Origin: an uncultured cyanobacterium
GTDB lineage: Bacteria > Cyanobacteriota > Cyanobacteriia > Pseudanabaenales > Pseudanabaenaceae
Assembly (NCBI GenBank): GCA_963703315.1
Contig: OY969811.1
Span: 1,120,001-1,184,000, forward strand
Direction of reading: 5' to 3'
DNA length: 64,000 nt
The position numbers and the translations under genes were made by a program. Below, in pieces: positions 1-11,708 of this stretch. Within the stretch, counting starts at the first letter, position 1. Each line of letters begins with the position of its first letter. A model generated the notes under the pieces. It searched no databases, was not told the DNA's origin, and saw nothing but the letters and a program-made list of their open reading frames with translations.

Positions 1-3000
1 GTAACCCCTACTGATTCCATTGCTAGTGATTCTTTGTTGGGGGCAAATAAAATTTCTATAACCGCCACACTTAGTGACGGTGCTGTGAAATTGCCACAAT
101 TAGCCAACCCGATTACCAAAATTGCAGGACAACTTAACTTTGATGGTACAAATGCCACTTTAACAGAGTGGTCTGCTGAATACGGCTTGCTGAAGGGAAC
201 TGTTGATGGCACATTTAATCAACAAAAAGGATTCAATCTCAATTTCGGAACGGCGGCTCTAGATTTAGCCAAAGGGATTGAAAGCTTTGGGGTGAAGACA
301 CCTGTGGCGATCGCGGGTGAGATTAAAATCGGCGGCAAACTGACGGGAACAATGCAAAAGCCATCCCTGAGCTTGAATATCACTACGCCTAAAGCTGTGA
401 GCTTTGATCGGATTACCGTCGATCGCTTTCTGGCGACAGTGGAACTCAAGGATCTGAATACATTACTTATCAAAAAAGTACAAGCCGCTTCCACAGGCGC
501 AACCCTCACAGGTGAAGGACAAATTCGCTTACCTCAAAAAGATAAACCTGCGGAAATTCTGTTTAACTCTAGTCTCGTCGCGATCGCCGAAGATTTTGCA
601 AAACTCTACAATACCAAATTACCGATCACTGTTGGACAGGTTACCAGTTCCTTGCAAATTACTGGCAGCGTCGCTAATCCTCAGATGCTGGCGCAGATTG
701 AGGCTCCCAATGCTACCTATCCGTCAAGAGGAGAAGTCTTTCTTGCCGATGGTTTAGCCACAATTCGCAATGCTAAGGTGCGATTTCCCATTGGCGAAAT
801 TGGACTCGCAGGTACTTACAATATTGTCAGTGGTGCATGGAAGTCGCAACTAAATAGTAATGGCATTCCCCTGTCCGCTTTCCTACCAAATCAAAAAGGA
901 ATTCTCGAAGGATTGATTAATCTTCGTAGCGATCGCGGAGGTTTTAACCTCGCTGATATCACGGGTGATGGCAATATCCGCTTACCGCAAGGATTAACCG
1001 AAATTCCTGACGCGATCGCCGCCAATCTAATTTGGGATGGTAAAAATCTGCTGATCCCTTCGTTGCAAGTGGGAAGTTATTTAACTGCGAATGGAAAAGT
1101 CGATCTTGCCTTTCCCAATGATGCTCCAAATCAATTACCCACAGGCATTGCAAGCATTAATCTCGATCTAATTTCGCGGAACGTGAATATCAATCGGTTA
1201 GCTTCCCTCTCTAGCGCCATCTCCCCCCAAGCATCGGGGATTTTGAATTTTAGAGGCAATCTATCAGGGGCGATCGACAAGCTCCAAATTGCAGGAGCCT
1301 TACAGCTAGATAATGTCAATGTCGCTTCCCTCGGTTCCAGTTTAGCCAAGAAAGGCATCATAGTTCCATCGAGGGGTTCACTAGATTTTGATGGTTCGAT
1401 TAATGGAGACTTAGCTGATCCGCAATTAGTCGGGAGCTTGCGGGTAGCAGGGTTAAAAATCAATCAAATCGAACTGGACAAACTGGCTTTTAACGGTGCG
1501 CTAAATGGAATTGCTAAAGTCCCTCAAGCGACAGGAAATCTGACTCTTGTAGGATTACGAGTCGATAAACTCGCCTTTGACAAACAATTTGACGGTAAAC
1601 TAAATTTTGATGGCAATCAAGGCTTAAATGTTGATTTGCAAGGTAGTGGACGCGATCGCATTGCCGCAAGGTTAGACAATGCTTTTCGCCCCATTGATTT
1701 TAATCTGAGCTTGGGTGAAGCGACCGCAACAGGTAATCGCATTGATAATAATCCGAGCCGTCTGCAAGTAGCGATCAATAATATTCCCTTAGCATTAGCA
1801 GCTTCTCTCGCGGGACAAAATGATGTTAGTGGTCGTCTGTCTAGTAAGCTAGTCGTGGACTTTACCGACAATCCCAGCGCAAGTGGCGAAGTCACGGTTA
1901 CTAGTCCCCGTTTTGGGCGGATCATTGCCGATCGCGCCGTTGCCAAGGTTACCTACAGCGATGGTATTTTTGATGTTCGCGATGGCAGCTTGAGCATCCG
2001 TCAAGGCGAAATTAATAATGAGTATAAGTTCCGTCTCACCTACAATCCTGCTATTGACGATCCGATCGCAGGGGCAGTGGAGATCGCACAGGGACGAATG
2101 CAGGACTTATTTGCTACTCTCCAATGGATCAATGTTGTCGATGTGACTCAAGGATTTACGTTTAGCAAAAATAGAGCGTCAGAGCTAAAACCTCTAGAAG
2201 CAATTAGGTTACTAGGAGAACCTCTGTACAAACAATTACAGTATCTTACTCAAATTGAACTGCGCCAAGAACAGCAGGAGATAGTTAATTCAGAGCGTAA
2301 TTTCAATTTACCGCCACTAACCAATTTCCGAGGCGATGTTAAAGGCAAAATCACCTTTGGGCTGAATAAACGTCGAGGTATTCGCTTAGGGTTTGATCTC
2401 GTGGGCAAAAAATTTGAATATGGCAAATTTGCCGTTGATGACATTCAACTACAAGGACGTTATTTTAATGGAGTCTTTGCGATCGCCAAAGCAAATTTCC
2501 AATCGGATAAAAGCTATGGACGCATCACCAAAGCACGTCTAAGACTAGAACCTGCTTCTAATATCTTGCAACGTGTCCGTGAACAGAGTGGTGAAATTGA
2601 ACTTAAAGATTTCCCGATTGAATCTTTGCGCCCCTTGCCATTCTTTAGTGCCGTTCCCTTTGATTTAACGGGTAAAGTGAATGGCAATCTCTCCATTACT
2701 GGCACAAGCTTACTAGATACCAAAGTAGTCGGCAATCTCAACTTGACTAAGGGTTCTGTTAATCGCGAAGCGATCGAGTTTATTGCCTTGAAGTTTAACT
2801 ATGAAAAGTTAAATATTAACTTCAATTCAAACATGAAAATTGCGGGTAAAGATTCAGTTGTGGCATCGGGCAATGTGAATGTGTTGGGCTTTTTTGACGT
2901 AAAACTGGATGTTAAAGATGAAGGAATTGCTTTCATCAATATCTTTAACCAGCCTGTGCGTTGGGTCAACGGGAAAGGCGATATCAATCTCCGTGCCAAT

Positions 3001-4266
3001 GGTACTTTTAGAGATCCTAAAATTGCAGGTAAGTTAGTAGTGGATAATGCCAAAGTTAAAATTGCAGGTTTACCCGGTGACTTTACAGAAGTTCAAGGCA
3101 ATATTGACTTTACGAGCGATCGCCTAATTAGCAATATCACTAGTAACTTTAGTGAAGGCAAACTCGCACTCACAGGAATTTTGCCAATTAGTAATGTTAA
3201 TCTCATCCCTCCTGATAGTCCTGATTATCCAAAAGCGTTACAAATTAATGCTGATAAGCTCAAATTGAATATTCGTGATATTAGTTCCGAGAACTTTAAT
3301 ACTCGCGTCATCGTTAGAGGTGCGCTATTAACTCCCATTCTGACGGGCGAAGTATTGTTAGGAGATGGAAGATTTGTAATCGGTAATGATGCTGATCCTA
3401 ATACCAATAATGCTAGCCAAGATGAGAACCTAGCGGATGTTGCCTTTGATCGCCTTGCCGTCAAACTGCAAAATATGCAAGTAACTCGCTTTCCCATATT
3501 TAACTTCTTGGGTGAAGGAACCTTGATTGTGAATGGAACCCTCCAAAAGCCAGAACCAGAAGGCAAGATCATCATTTCACGCGGACAGTTTAACGCGATT
3601 TCTGCAAGATTCCGCCTCGATCGCGCCTATGAGAATTTTGTCGAGTTCAAACCTAATCAGGGACTCAATCCTAATCTCAATGTCCGAGTCGCGGGAGCCG
3701 TTGCTGAAATTACTCGTGTACCTATTAGTTCCAATCGTCCCAATGATCTATTTAGACCTAATGAAGTGCCTGTCAGCAATTTAGGCGCACAACGTACCCT
3801 GCGAGTTCAAGCCAGTGTCACGGGTACAGCCCTTGCACCAGATATTCGCCTCTCTAGCAGTCCTCCCCGCAGTCAAGCAGAAATTGTTGCACTCATTGGC
3901 GGTGGCGTATTGCAGCAACAGGGTGGATCTGATCCTGCGGCAGCGCTAGCCAGCTTTGCGGGTGGTACAGTTCTCAACTTTCTCCAAGATGCGATCGGTG
4001 ATGCTCTCAACTTAGCAGAGTTTAATCTCAGTCCTGTTACTACAAATACCACTAATAGCGGAACAGGAACATTAGGTCTGTCGGCGGAAGCAGCGATCGA
4101 TATCAGTAATAGCTTCTCGATCGCTCTGCAAAGGATTATTAATGACTCCACCCAACCGACTAATTTCTCCATTCGCTACCGTGTCGATCCCAATGTGCTT
4201 CTACGTGGCAACTATGGCTCTGACGGTAAAACAGGTATTTCTATCGAATACGAAAATCGATTTTAA
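1..4266 (+). CDS. tamB: TamB/AsmA-like translocation and assembly protein (DUF490), 5'-partial
   Basis: Frame is open from base 1. Long Gly/Asn-rich beta-taco repeats; C-terminal 'LSSSPPRSQAEIVALIGG...GISIEYENRF' is typical of cyanobacterial TamB/TIC236-like proteins. Confidence 0.85.
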   Translation, partial: VTPTDSIASDSLLGANKISITATLSDGAVKLPQLANPITKIAGQLNFDGTNATLTEWSAEYGLLKGTVDGTFNQQKGFNLNFGTAALDLAKGIESFGVKTPVAIAGEIKIGGKLTGTMQKPSLSLNITTPKAVSFDRITVDRFLATVELKDLNTLLIKKVQAASTGATLTGEGQIRLPQKDKPAEILFNSSLVAIAEDFAKLYNTKLPITVGQVTSSLQITGSVANPQMLAQIEAPNATYPSRGEVFLADGLATIRNAKVRFPIGEIGLAGTYNIVSGAWKSQLNSNGIPLSAFLPNQKGILEGLINLRSDRGGFNLADITGDGNIRLPQGLTEIPDAIAANLIWDGKNLLIPSLQVGSYLTANGKVDLAFPNDAPNQLPTGIASINLDLISRNVNINRLASLSSAISPQASGILNFRGNLSGAIDKLQIAGALQLDNVNVASLGSSLAKKGIIVPSRGSLDFDGSINGDLADPQLVGSLRVAGLKINQIELDKLAFNGALNGIAKVPQATGNLTLVGLRVDKLAFDKQFDGKLNFDGNQGLNVDLQGSGRDRIAARLDNAFRPIDFNLSLGEATATGNRIDNNPSRLQVAINNIPLALAASLAGQNDVSGRLSSKLVVDFTDNPSASGEVTVTSPRFGRIIADRAVAKVTYSDGIFDVRDGSLSIRQGEINNEYKFRLTYNPAIDDPIAGAVEIAQGRMQDLFATLQWINVVDVTQGFTFSKNRASELKPLEAIRLLGEPLYKQLQYLTQIELRQEQQEIVNSERNFNLPPLTNFRGDVKGKITFGLNKRRGIRLGFDLVGKKFEYGKFAVDDIQLQGRYFNGVFAIAKANFQSDKSYGRITKARLRLEPASNILQRVREQSGEIELKDFPIESLRPLPFFSAVPFDLTGKVNGNLSITGTSLLDTKVVGNLNLTKGSVNREAIEFIALKFNYEKLNINFNSNMKIAGKDSVVASGNVNVLGFFDVKLDVKDEGIAFINIFNQPVRWVNGKGDINLRANGTFRDPKIAGKLVVDNAKVKIAGLPGDFTEVQGNIDFTSDRLISNITSNFSEGKLALTGILPISNVNLIPPDSPDYPKALQINADKLKLNIRDISSENFNTRVIVRGALLTPILTGEVLLGDGRFVIGNDADPNTNNASQDENLADVAFDRLAVKLQNMQVTRFPIFNFLGEGTLIVNGTLQKPEPEGKIIISRGQFNAISARFRLDRAYENFVEFKPNQGLNPNLNVRVAGAVAEITRVPISSNRPNDLFRPNEVPVSNLGAQRTLRVQASVTGTALAPDIRLSSSPPRSQAEIVALIGGGVLQQQGGSDPAAALASFAGGTVLNFLQDAIGDALNLAEFNLSPVTTNTTNSGTGTLGLSAEAAIDISNSFSIALQRIINDSTQPTNFSIRYRVDPNVLLRGNYGSDGKTGISIEYENRF

Positions 4267-4306
4267 AGATCAAAAAGCCCTCGCTCAGCAAGGGCTTTTT
4301 GATCTT
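4266..4306. terminator. Bidirectional hairpin terminator/repeat, near-copy of 5283-5321
   Basis: aagatcaaaaagccctcgc-tca-gcaagggctttttgatctt between convergent genes. Confidence 0.75.
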
Positions 4307-4316
4307 TTCTCAAACT

Positions 4317-4814
4317 TCAACCATCTATCTTCAAACCCAACTTCTCAGCCACACGCTTCTGAAATGCAGCTAGCCCACCTTGATCTTTAAACTCTTCATT
4401 TAAATCCCCAATATGATCAAGCTCTATAGCTCTACCACTTTGTAACTTAACATCAAAGCCAAAAACATCATCCTGACTGGGTGCATTATCCCAAATGTGA
4501 GCATCTGGCGTATGCAACGATTCTGGAGCAATCCATAACACTTGAACGCGGCGAGTAAGTGCGAAGCCAGAGGCGTTTGGATCACCGTGAATTTGATCAT
4601 CCAAAACCTTAACCAAGTGCGTTACTTTTGTGCGTTGGCGCAGCAGGATGAGATCGCCTTCTTGGAGTTTTCCAGCACCATGTTCCTTTTTCCAGTGCAG
4701 CTTAAATTCTGGCACTAGATAAGGATAGCTAATTTCATTATGCCGATATACCCATACCTCTGGATGGTTAACATTTTTAGTCCATTTAAGGCGTGTAAAG
4801 TCGATTTTAGACAT
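4317..4814 (-). CDS. Hypothetical protein, possibly PUA/EVE-like fold
   Basis: ORF-track 4317-4853; ATG at 4814 (MSKIDF) is the likelier start. 'GDLILLRQRTKVTHLVKV' pattern. Confidence 0.6.
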   Translation of the reverse strand: MSKIDFTRLKWTKNVNHPEVWVYRHNEISYPYLVPEFKLHWKKEHGAGKLQEGDLILLRQRTKVTHLVKVLDDQIHGDPNASGFALTRRVQVLWIAPESLHTPDAHIWDNAPSQDDVFGFDVKLQSGRAIELDHIGDLNEEFKDQGGLAAFQKRVAEKLGLKIDG

Positions 4815-5024
4815 TATGGCATTTACAAATATTATGATTAGCAGAACGCTCAATTAGGTTTTAAGTGGCTACCTAACTGCCCCCTAATATTTAATTTACC
4901 TGATTTTTTCAAAATTGTAAAGTAGAAAAAATCGGTTATAATTAAAATAGCTTGTACATTCTAAACATAGATATCAGAAAATTATTACAATCTGGATACA
5001 TAGACTGGAATTTACATATACATA

Positions 5025-5303
5025 ATGAAAATTAAAGCAATTATTTATCCTGCTGAAGAAGGTGGTTATTGGGCTGAAGTTCCTGCACTTGCTGGTTGTA
5101 TCACTGAAGGCGATAGCATGGATGAATTGCTCAGTAATCTACAAGATGCCATACAAGGTTGGTTAGAGGTAGCTAACGAAAGTAAAAAAATAGACTCTGT
5201 TCCTGTTCACAAAAATCAGGATTTAAAGATTGGAACTTTAAAGTCGTTAATGAAAATAGCTGAACTAACAGAAGATGAACTGTCATCAAAAAGCCCTCGC
5301 TGA
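5025..5303 (+). pseudogene. hicB: HicB antitoxin fused in frame to a HicA C-terminal remnant
   Basis: HicB motif 'EEGGYWAEVPALAGCITEGDS', then HicA-type tail 'VPVHKNQDLKIGTLKSLMKIAEL'. Confidence 0.75.
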
Positions 5304-5321
5304 GCGAGGGCTTTTTGATGA
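5283..5321. terminator. Bidirectional hairpin terminator/repeat
   Basis: tcatcaaaaagccctcgc-tga-gcgagggctttttgatga, perfect 18-bp stem. Confidence 0.8.
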
Positions 5322-6254
<933 letters not shown>

Positions 6255-6260
6255 TTAAGA

Positions 6261-6360
6261 CCCTCACCCCTAGCCTCTCTCCCGCAGGAGAGGGGAACTA
6301 GAAAGAAAATATTAAACTCTTACTCCCCCTCTCATTGGGAGAGGGGGTGGGGGGTGAGGG
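6261..6360. repeat. CCCTCACCCC...GGGGTGAGGG REP-like composite palindrome (family E)
   Basis: Terminal inverted ccctcacccc/ggggtgaggg with internal ctctccc/ggagaggg hairpins; partial copies at 43800-43845 and 14302-14340. Confidence 0.8.
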
Positions 6361-6363
6361 AAA

Positions 6364-8055
6364 TTACTTCCCGATCGCTGCTTTTGCTTCGTAGAGAGTA
6401 TCTACGGTGATCGAAGTAATACCGCGATCGCTAGCAAATTTCTCAGTATTGCGTTTGATTTTGCCGCGTACAAAGAAGGGAATCTTCTTCAACTCCGCTT
6501 CACCATCGGCACTCCAAGTTACACCTTCAACCTCTTGCGCTAAGGGTGTGAGAACGGTTTGATTAGCATTACCAACAGAATTAGTAGAGGCGATCGCATG
6601 ATCAGTTCCTCTCGCAGTAGGTGATTCAGGTACTCGCAATTCTTGAGATGGTGCTGTATGCAAATGGCTCATATGTCCTTCCGCAAACTCAAAGTCTTCC
6701 TTGAACATTCCAATCAAATGCTCCTCCAGACCCATCATCAAAGGATGTACCCAGCTATCAAAAATCACATTCGCACCTTCCCAACCCATTTGTGGTGAGT
6801 AACGAGCAGGCACATCTTGAACGTGGATTGGTGCAGAAATTACCGCGCAAGGGATACCCAAGCGTTTGGCAATATGTCGCTCCATCTGAGTGCCAAGCAC
6901 TAGTTCTGGAGCAGCTTCAGCCACCTTTGCTTCTACAGCTAAATAGTCATCACTAATCACAGCTTCGAGTCCATGCTTTTTCGCAACTTCGCGCACTTCT
7001 CTCGCAAATTCACGGCTATAGGTTCCAATACCAACGAGGGTAAAGCCTAATTCTTCCGTAGCAATTCTGGCGGCGGCGAGGGCATGGGTGGCATCACCGA
7101 AGATGAATACGCGCTTACCTGTGAGGTAGGTGGAGTCAACCGATCTCGAGTACCAAGGCAAACGGGAAGCATTGGCTTCGGCGGAAGATGAGACGCGAGC
7201 AGCATCCCAGTTTCCTAATGTGTCGGATTGCGATCGCGCTAATGCTTCACTAACGTCAATGTCCGCAACCTTACCAATTTCAGCAATAAAGTCACGGGTT
7301 GCACCAACACCGATTGGCACGGTTTTCACAACGGGTTGAGCAAAACTGCGAGTTAGCCAAGTGCAAGTGGTGAGCGCAATTTCAGGATAAAGACAAATAT
7401 TAAAGTCTGCATCAGGAATTCGCATTAAGTCAGCAGGTGTCGCGCCCATTGGTGCAACTACGTTCACATCCACGCCTATTTCCGCGAGTAACTTAATGAC
7501 TTCGCGAATATCATCACGACAACGGAAACCTAACGCCGTTGGACCAATGATGTTTGCTTTCGGGCGAATTTGAGGATCACGCTGAGGACGAGGCGTATTC
7601 GGCGGCGGTACAACAGGCAGTAGCAAAGTGCGAACTAAATGATAGAGAGTTTCGCTCGCGCCCCAATTTTCTTTTTTGGAATAGGCGGGTAATTCCAAAC
7701 TGACGATGGGGATCGGTAAGCCCATGCCTTTGGCAAGTGACCCTGGTTGATCCTGAATTAGTTCGGCTGTGCAGCTTTCGCCCACTAGCATGACTTGTGG
7801 CTTAAATCTTTCGTAAGCATCTCTAACCGAAGTTTTCACCATTTCCGCAGTGTCACCACCGAGATCACGCGCTTGGAAAGTGGTGTAAGTTACAGGCGGA
7901 CGGCGATCGCGTCTTTCGATCATCGTAAATAGTAAGTCAGCATAGGTATCGCCCTGCGGTGCATGGAGTACATAATGCACTCCTTCCATTCCTGTAGCGA
8001 TTCGCATAGCCCCGACATGGGGAGGACCTTCATAAGTCCAGAGGGTTAGTTCCAT
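6364..8055 (-). CDS. chlB: Light-independent protochlorophyllide reductase subunit B (BchB-type)
   Basis: [47 protein letters not shown]-terminal PCP_red '[15 protein letters not shown]'. Confidence 0.97.
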   Translation of the reverse strand: MELTLWTYEGPPHVGAMRIATGMEGVHYVLHAPQGDTYADLLFTMIERRDRRPPVTYTTFQARDLGGDTAEMVKTSVRDAYERFKPQVMLVGESCTAELIQDQPGSLAKGMGLPIPIVSLELPAYSKKENWGASETLYHLVRTLLLPVVPPPNTPRPQRDPQIRPKANIIGPTALGFRCRDDIREVIKLLAEIGVDVNVVAPMGATPADLMRIPDADFNICLYPEIALTTCTWLTRSFAQPVVKTVPIGVGATRDFIAEIGKVADIDVSEALARSQSDTLGNWDAARVSSSAEANASRLPWYSRSVDSTYLTGKRVFIFGDATHALAAARIATEELGFTLVGIGTYSREFAREVREVAKKHGLEAVISDDYLAVEAKVAEAAPELVLGTQMERHIAKRLGIPCAVISAPIHVQDVPARYSPQMGWEGANVIFDSWVHPLMMGLEEHLIGMFKEDFEFAEGHMSHLHTAPSQELRVPESPTARGTDHAIASTNSVGNANQTVLTPLAQEVEGVTWSADGEAELKKIPFFVRGKIKRNTEKFASDRGITSITVDTLYEAKAAIGK

Positions 8056-8077
8056 AGTTTATATCAATAAAAAATAT

Positions 8078-9424
<1,347 letters not shown>

Positions 9425-9631
9425 CTAGTTTGTTAAAAAGGCTATGCCCTGAATTGCTTAGAGGGCAAAGCCCTGTGTGACATCAAGATTTGGGCGATCG
9501 CAACACGATCAATAAATTAATTCTCTCTACTATATTTAGTAAAACTAGAAGACTAGCTAAAAAGTTGCAAAGGTTTACAGGACTATAAGGATCTGCAATC
9601 GTTTTGCGAGGATCGCAAGTATATATACTCA

Positions 9632-9672
9632 AAAAAGGAAGAGGTGTCGCCTTGCGACACCTCTTCCTTTTT
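9632..9672 (-). terminator. Hairpin terminator downstream of gpmI
   Basis: aaaaaggaagaggtgtcgc-ctt-gcgacacctcttccttttt. Confidence 0.75.
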
Positions 9673-9686
9673 GTAGCGCAGAACCG

Positions 9687-11291
9687 CTATTTACCAATTT
9701 TGACTGGAGTTTTGGGGATTTGGATTTCGTAAGTTGCTGGCTCAAGCAATGAAACCCCTGTCATCTCTGCGGGTTGAGGGACATTCAGGATTTCCAAAAT
9801 TGTGGGTGCAATATCAGCGAGACGACCACCTGTGGGTTTGAGCTTAACATTCGCACCATGTCCATAGATCTTACGACCTTCACCCTCCACCAAAATAAAT
9901 GGTACAGGATTGCTAGAGTGGGCAGTCCAAGGGTTGCCATGCTCATCCCACATATATTCCGCATTGCCATGATCAGCCGTAATTAAAGCTGTACCACCTG
10001 CATTAGCGATACTAGACAATAATTTGCCCAAACATCGATCAACGTGTTCTAAAGCATTGATCGTGGCTTCAAAGTTGCCTGTATGTCCTACCATGTCTGG
10101 GTTTGCATAATTAATCACGATCAATGAATAAATACCCTTAGCGATCGCCTCTGAAGCAATGCGTGTCACTTCAGCCGCAGACATGGCAGGTTCTTGATCG
10201 TAAGTAGATACACGCGGACTATTTACCAAGATGCGATCGTCACCTTCGCTGGCTTCTTCCAGACCACCATCAAAGAAATAGGTAACATGAGCGTACTTTT
10301 CAGTTTCCGCTAGGCGTAACTGTTTCAGCCCATGACTTGCCACAACTGGTCCTAGCAAATTAGTTAGGTTTTGGGGCAGGAAAGCCACAGGTACAGGCAA
10401 TGAACTGTCGTATTGCGTAAAAGTCGCATAGGCAAGTGGCTCAATGCGATCGCGCTCAAAACCTGTAAAGTTTTCGGCAACAAGGGCTTGGGTGATCTCG
10501 CGGGAGCGATCAGGGCGGAAGTTAAAGCAGATTACACCATCACCAGATGCGATCGCGCCTTGAGCAATCCTTGTAGGAGGCAAAAACTCATCGGTAATTT
10601 GCTCTTTATAAGACGATTCCAGCACATCTACCGCCGAAGGTAGCTCAGTAGTAATTTGGTCATTGGTCAGGATTTCATAGGCTTTTTGTACCCGATCCCA
10701 GCGCTTGTCTCGATCCATCGCAAAGTAACGACCACTGATCGTCACAATTTTACCAACGCCAATTTTGTTAATGTGAGCTTGTAGTAGCTTAATAAAGTTG
10801 ATCCCAGAGTTGGGCAATGTATCACGACCATCAGTAATTACGTGAATACAAACATCACTAACACCTTGAGATTTTGCTAAATCAAGTAATCCCAACAAAT
10901 GATCAATATGTGAATGCACACCACCATCAGAGCAGAGACCAAGCAAATGCAATTTGCTTTGATTAGCCCTGACCTGTTCACAAACTTTAACCAGTGCAGG
11001 ATTTGATAGCAATGAGCCATCATCTACAGCGTCAGAAATTCTAACTAATTCTTGGGGGACGACACGACCTGCACCAATATTCAAATGCCCAACCTCTGAG
11101 TTGCCCATTTGTCCTTTGGGTAAGCCAACATCTTTACCTGAAGCTTGGAGGAGGGTTTTAGGGTAAATACTCCACAGACTATCCATGACGGGAGTATTTG
11201 CTGCGGTGATCGCATTGCCCTCGGTTTCTTCCCTATGTCCCCAGCCGTCTAAAATAATCAGAACCAGTGGAGAAACAGACCCCGTTTGCAT
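9687..11291 (-). CDS. gpmI: 2,3-bisphosphoglycerate-independent phosphoglycerate mutase
   Basis: LIILDGWG, GQMGNSEVGH, DGGVHSH, NPDMVGHTG, ADHGNAE; start moved to ATG 11291. Confidence 0.97.
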   Translation of the reverse strand: MQTGSVSPLVLIILDGWGHREETEGNAITAANTPVMDSLWSIYPKTLLQASGKDVGLPKGQMGNSEVGHLNIGAGRVVPQELVRISDAVDDGSLLSNPALVKVCEQVRANQSKLHLLGLCSDGGVHSHIDHLLGLLDLAKSQGVSDVCIHVITDGRDTLPNSGINFIKLLQAHINKIGVGKIVTISGRYFAMDRDKRWDRVQKAYEILTNDQITTELPSAVDVLESSYKEQITDEFLPPTRIAQGAIASGDGVICFNFRPDRSREITQALVAENFTGFERDRIEPLAYATFTQYDSSLPVPVAFLPQNLTNLLGPVVASHGLKQLRLAETEKYAHVTYFFDGGLEEASEGDDRILVNSPRVSTYDQEPAMSAAEVTRIASEAIAKGIYSLIVINYANPDMVGHTGNFEATINALEHVDRCLGKLLSSIANAGGTALITADHGNAEYMWDEHGNPWTAHSSNPVPFILVEGEGRKIYGHGANVKLKPTGGRLADIAPTILEILNVPQPAEMTGVSLLEPATYEIQIPKTPVKIGK

Positions 11292-11455
11292 AAAAAGATA
11301 GTTCCTTGTTAAGTACACGTTCACTCGTCACTTGGCAATCATACCATCAGAGTAAATCTACCGATTATCTTAACAATACTTCGATATTAATAGGATCGCA
11401 ATGTATCACAGAAAACTTTTAAAGGTTTGGGGCGATCGCAGTCCAAAATGTATTA

Positions 11456-11562
11456 TATAGCTGTCGCCAGTCTTGTTAGGACATAACCCAGAAGACGAGT
11501 TGCGGCGCGAAGCGCCGCAACTCGTCTTCTGGGGTCTTGATATACCAATGGCAACAGCTATA
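11456..11562. mobile_element. TA-flanked miniature inverted-repeat element, family B
   Basis: TATAGCTGT...ACAGCTATA termini with a central long stem and GAA loop; reverse-oriented relative at 25049-25141. Confidence 0.7.
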
Positions 11563-11653
11563 GCGCTTTTCAAGCAAGCGAGTTACATAGGTTTGTTTCC
11601 CCGCCTTCGGCGGGGAAACAAACCCGTACTTCACTAGACTGAAAAGCGCTATA
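11559..11653. mobile_element. TA-flanked miniature inverted-repeat element, family A (95 bp)
   Basis: TATAGCGCTTTTCA...TGAAAAGCGCTATA termini; near-identical copy at 33297-33391, degenerate copies near 24962-25052 and 61424-61502. Confidence 0.75.
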
Positions 11654-11708
11654 TAAATAGGCTGTAAGTAAGCATAAATTTTTTCAGGTTTACAAACCTT
11701 TCCAACGA

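Noticed and set aside
219..4390. Many short antisense or alternate-frame ORFs inside tamB, and similar ones inside other long genes
   Set aside because: They are shadows of long, well-supported CDSs and have no recognisable motifs.
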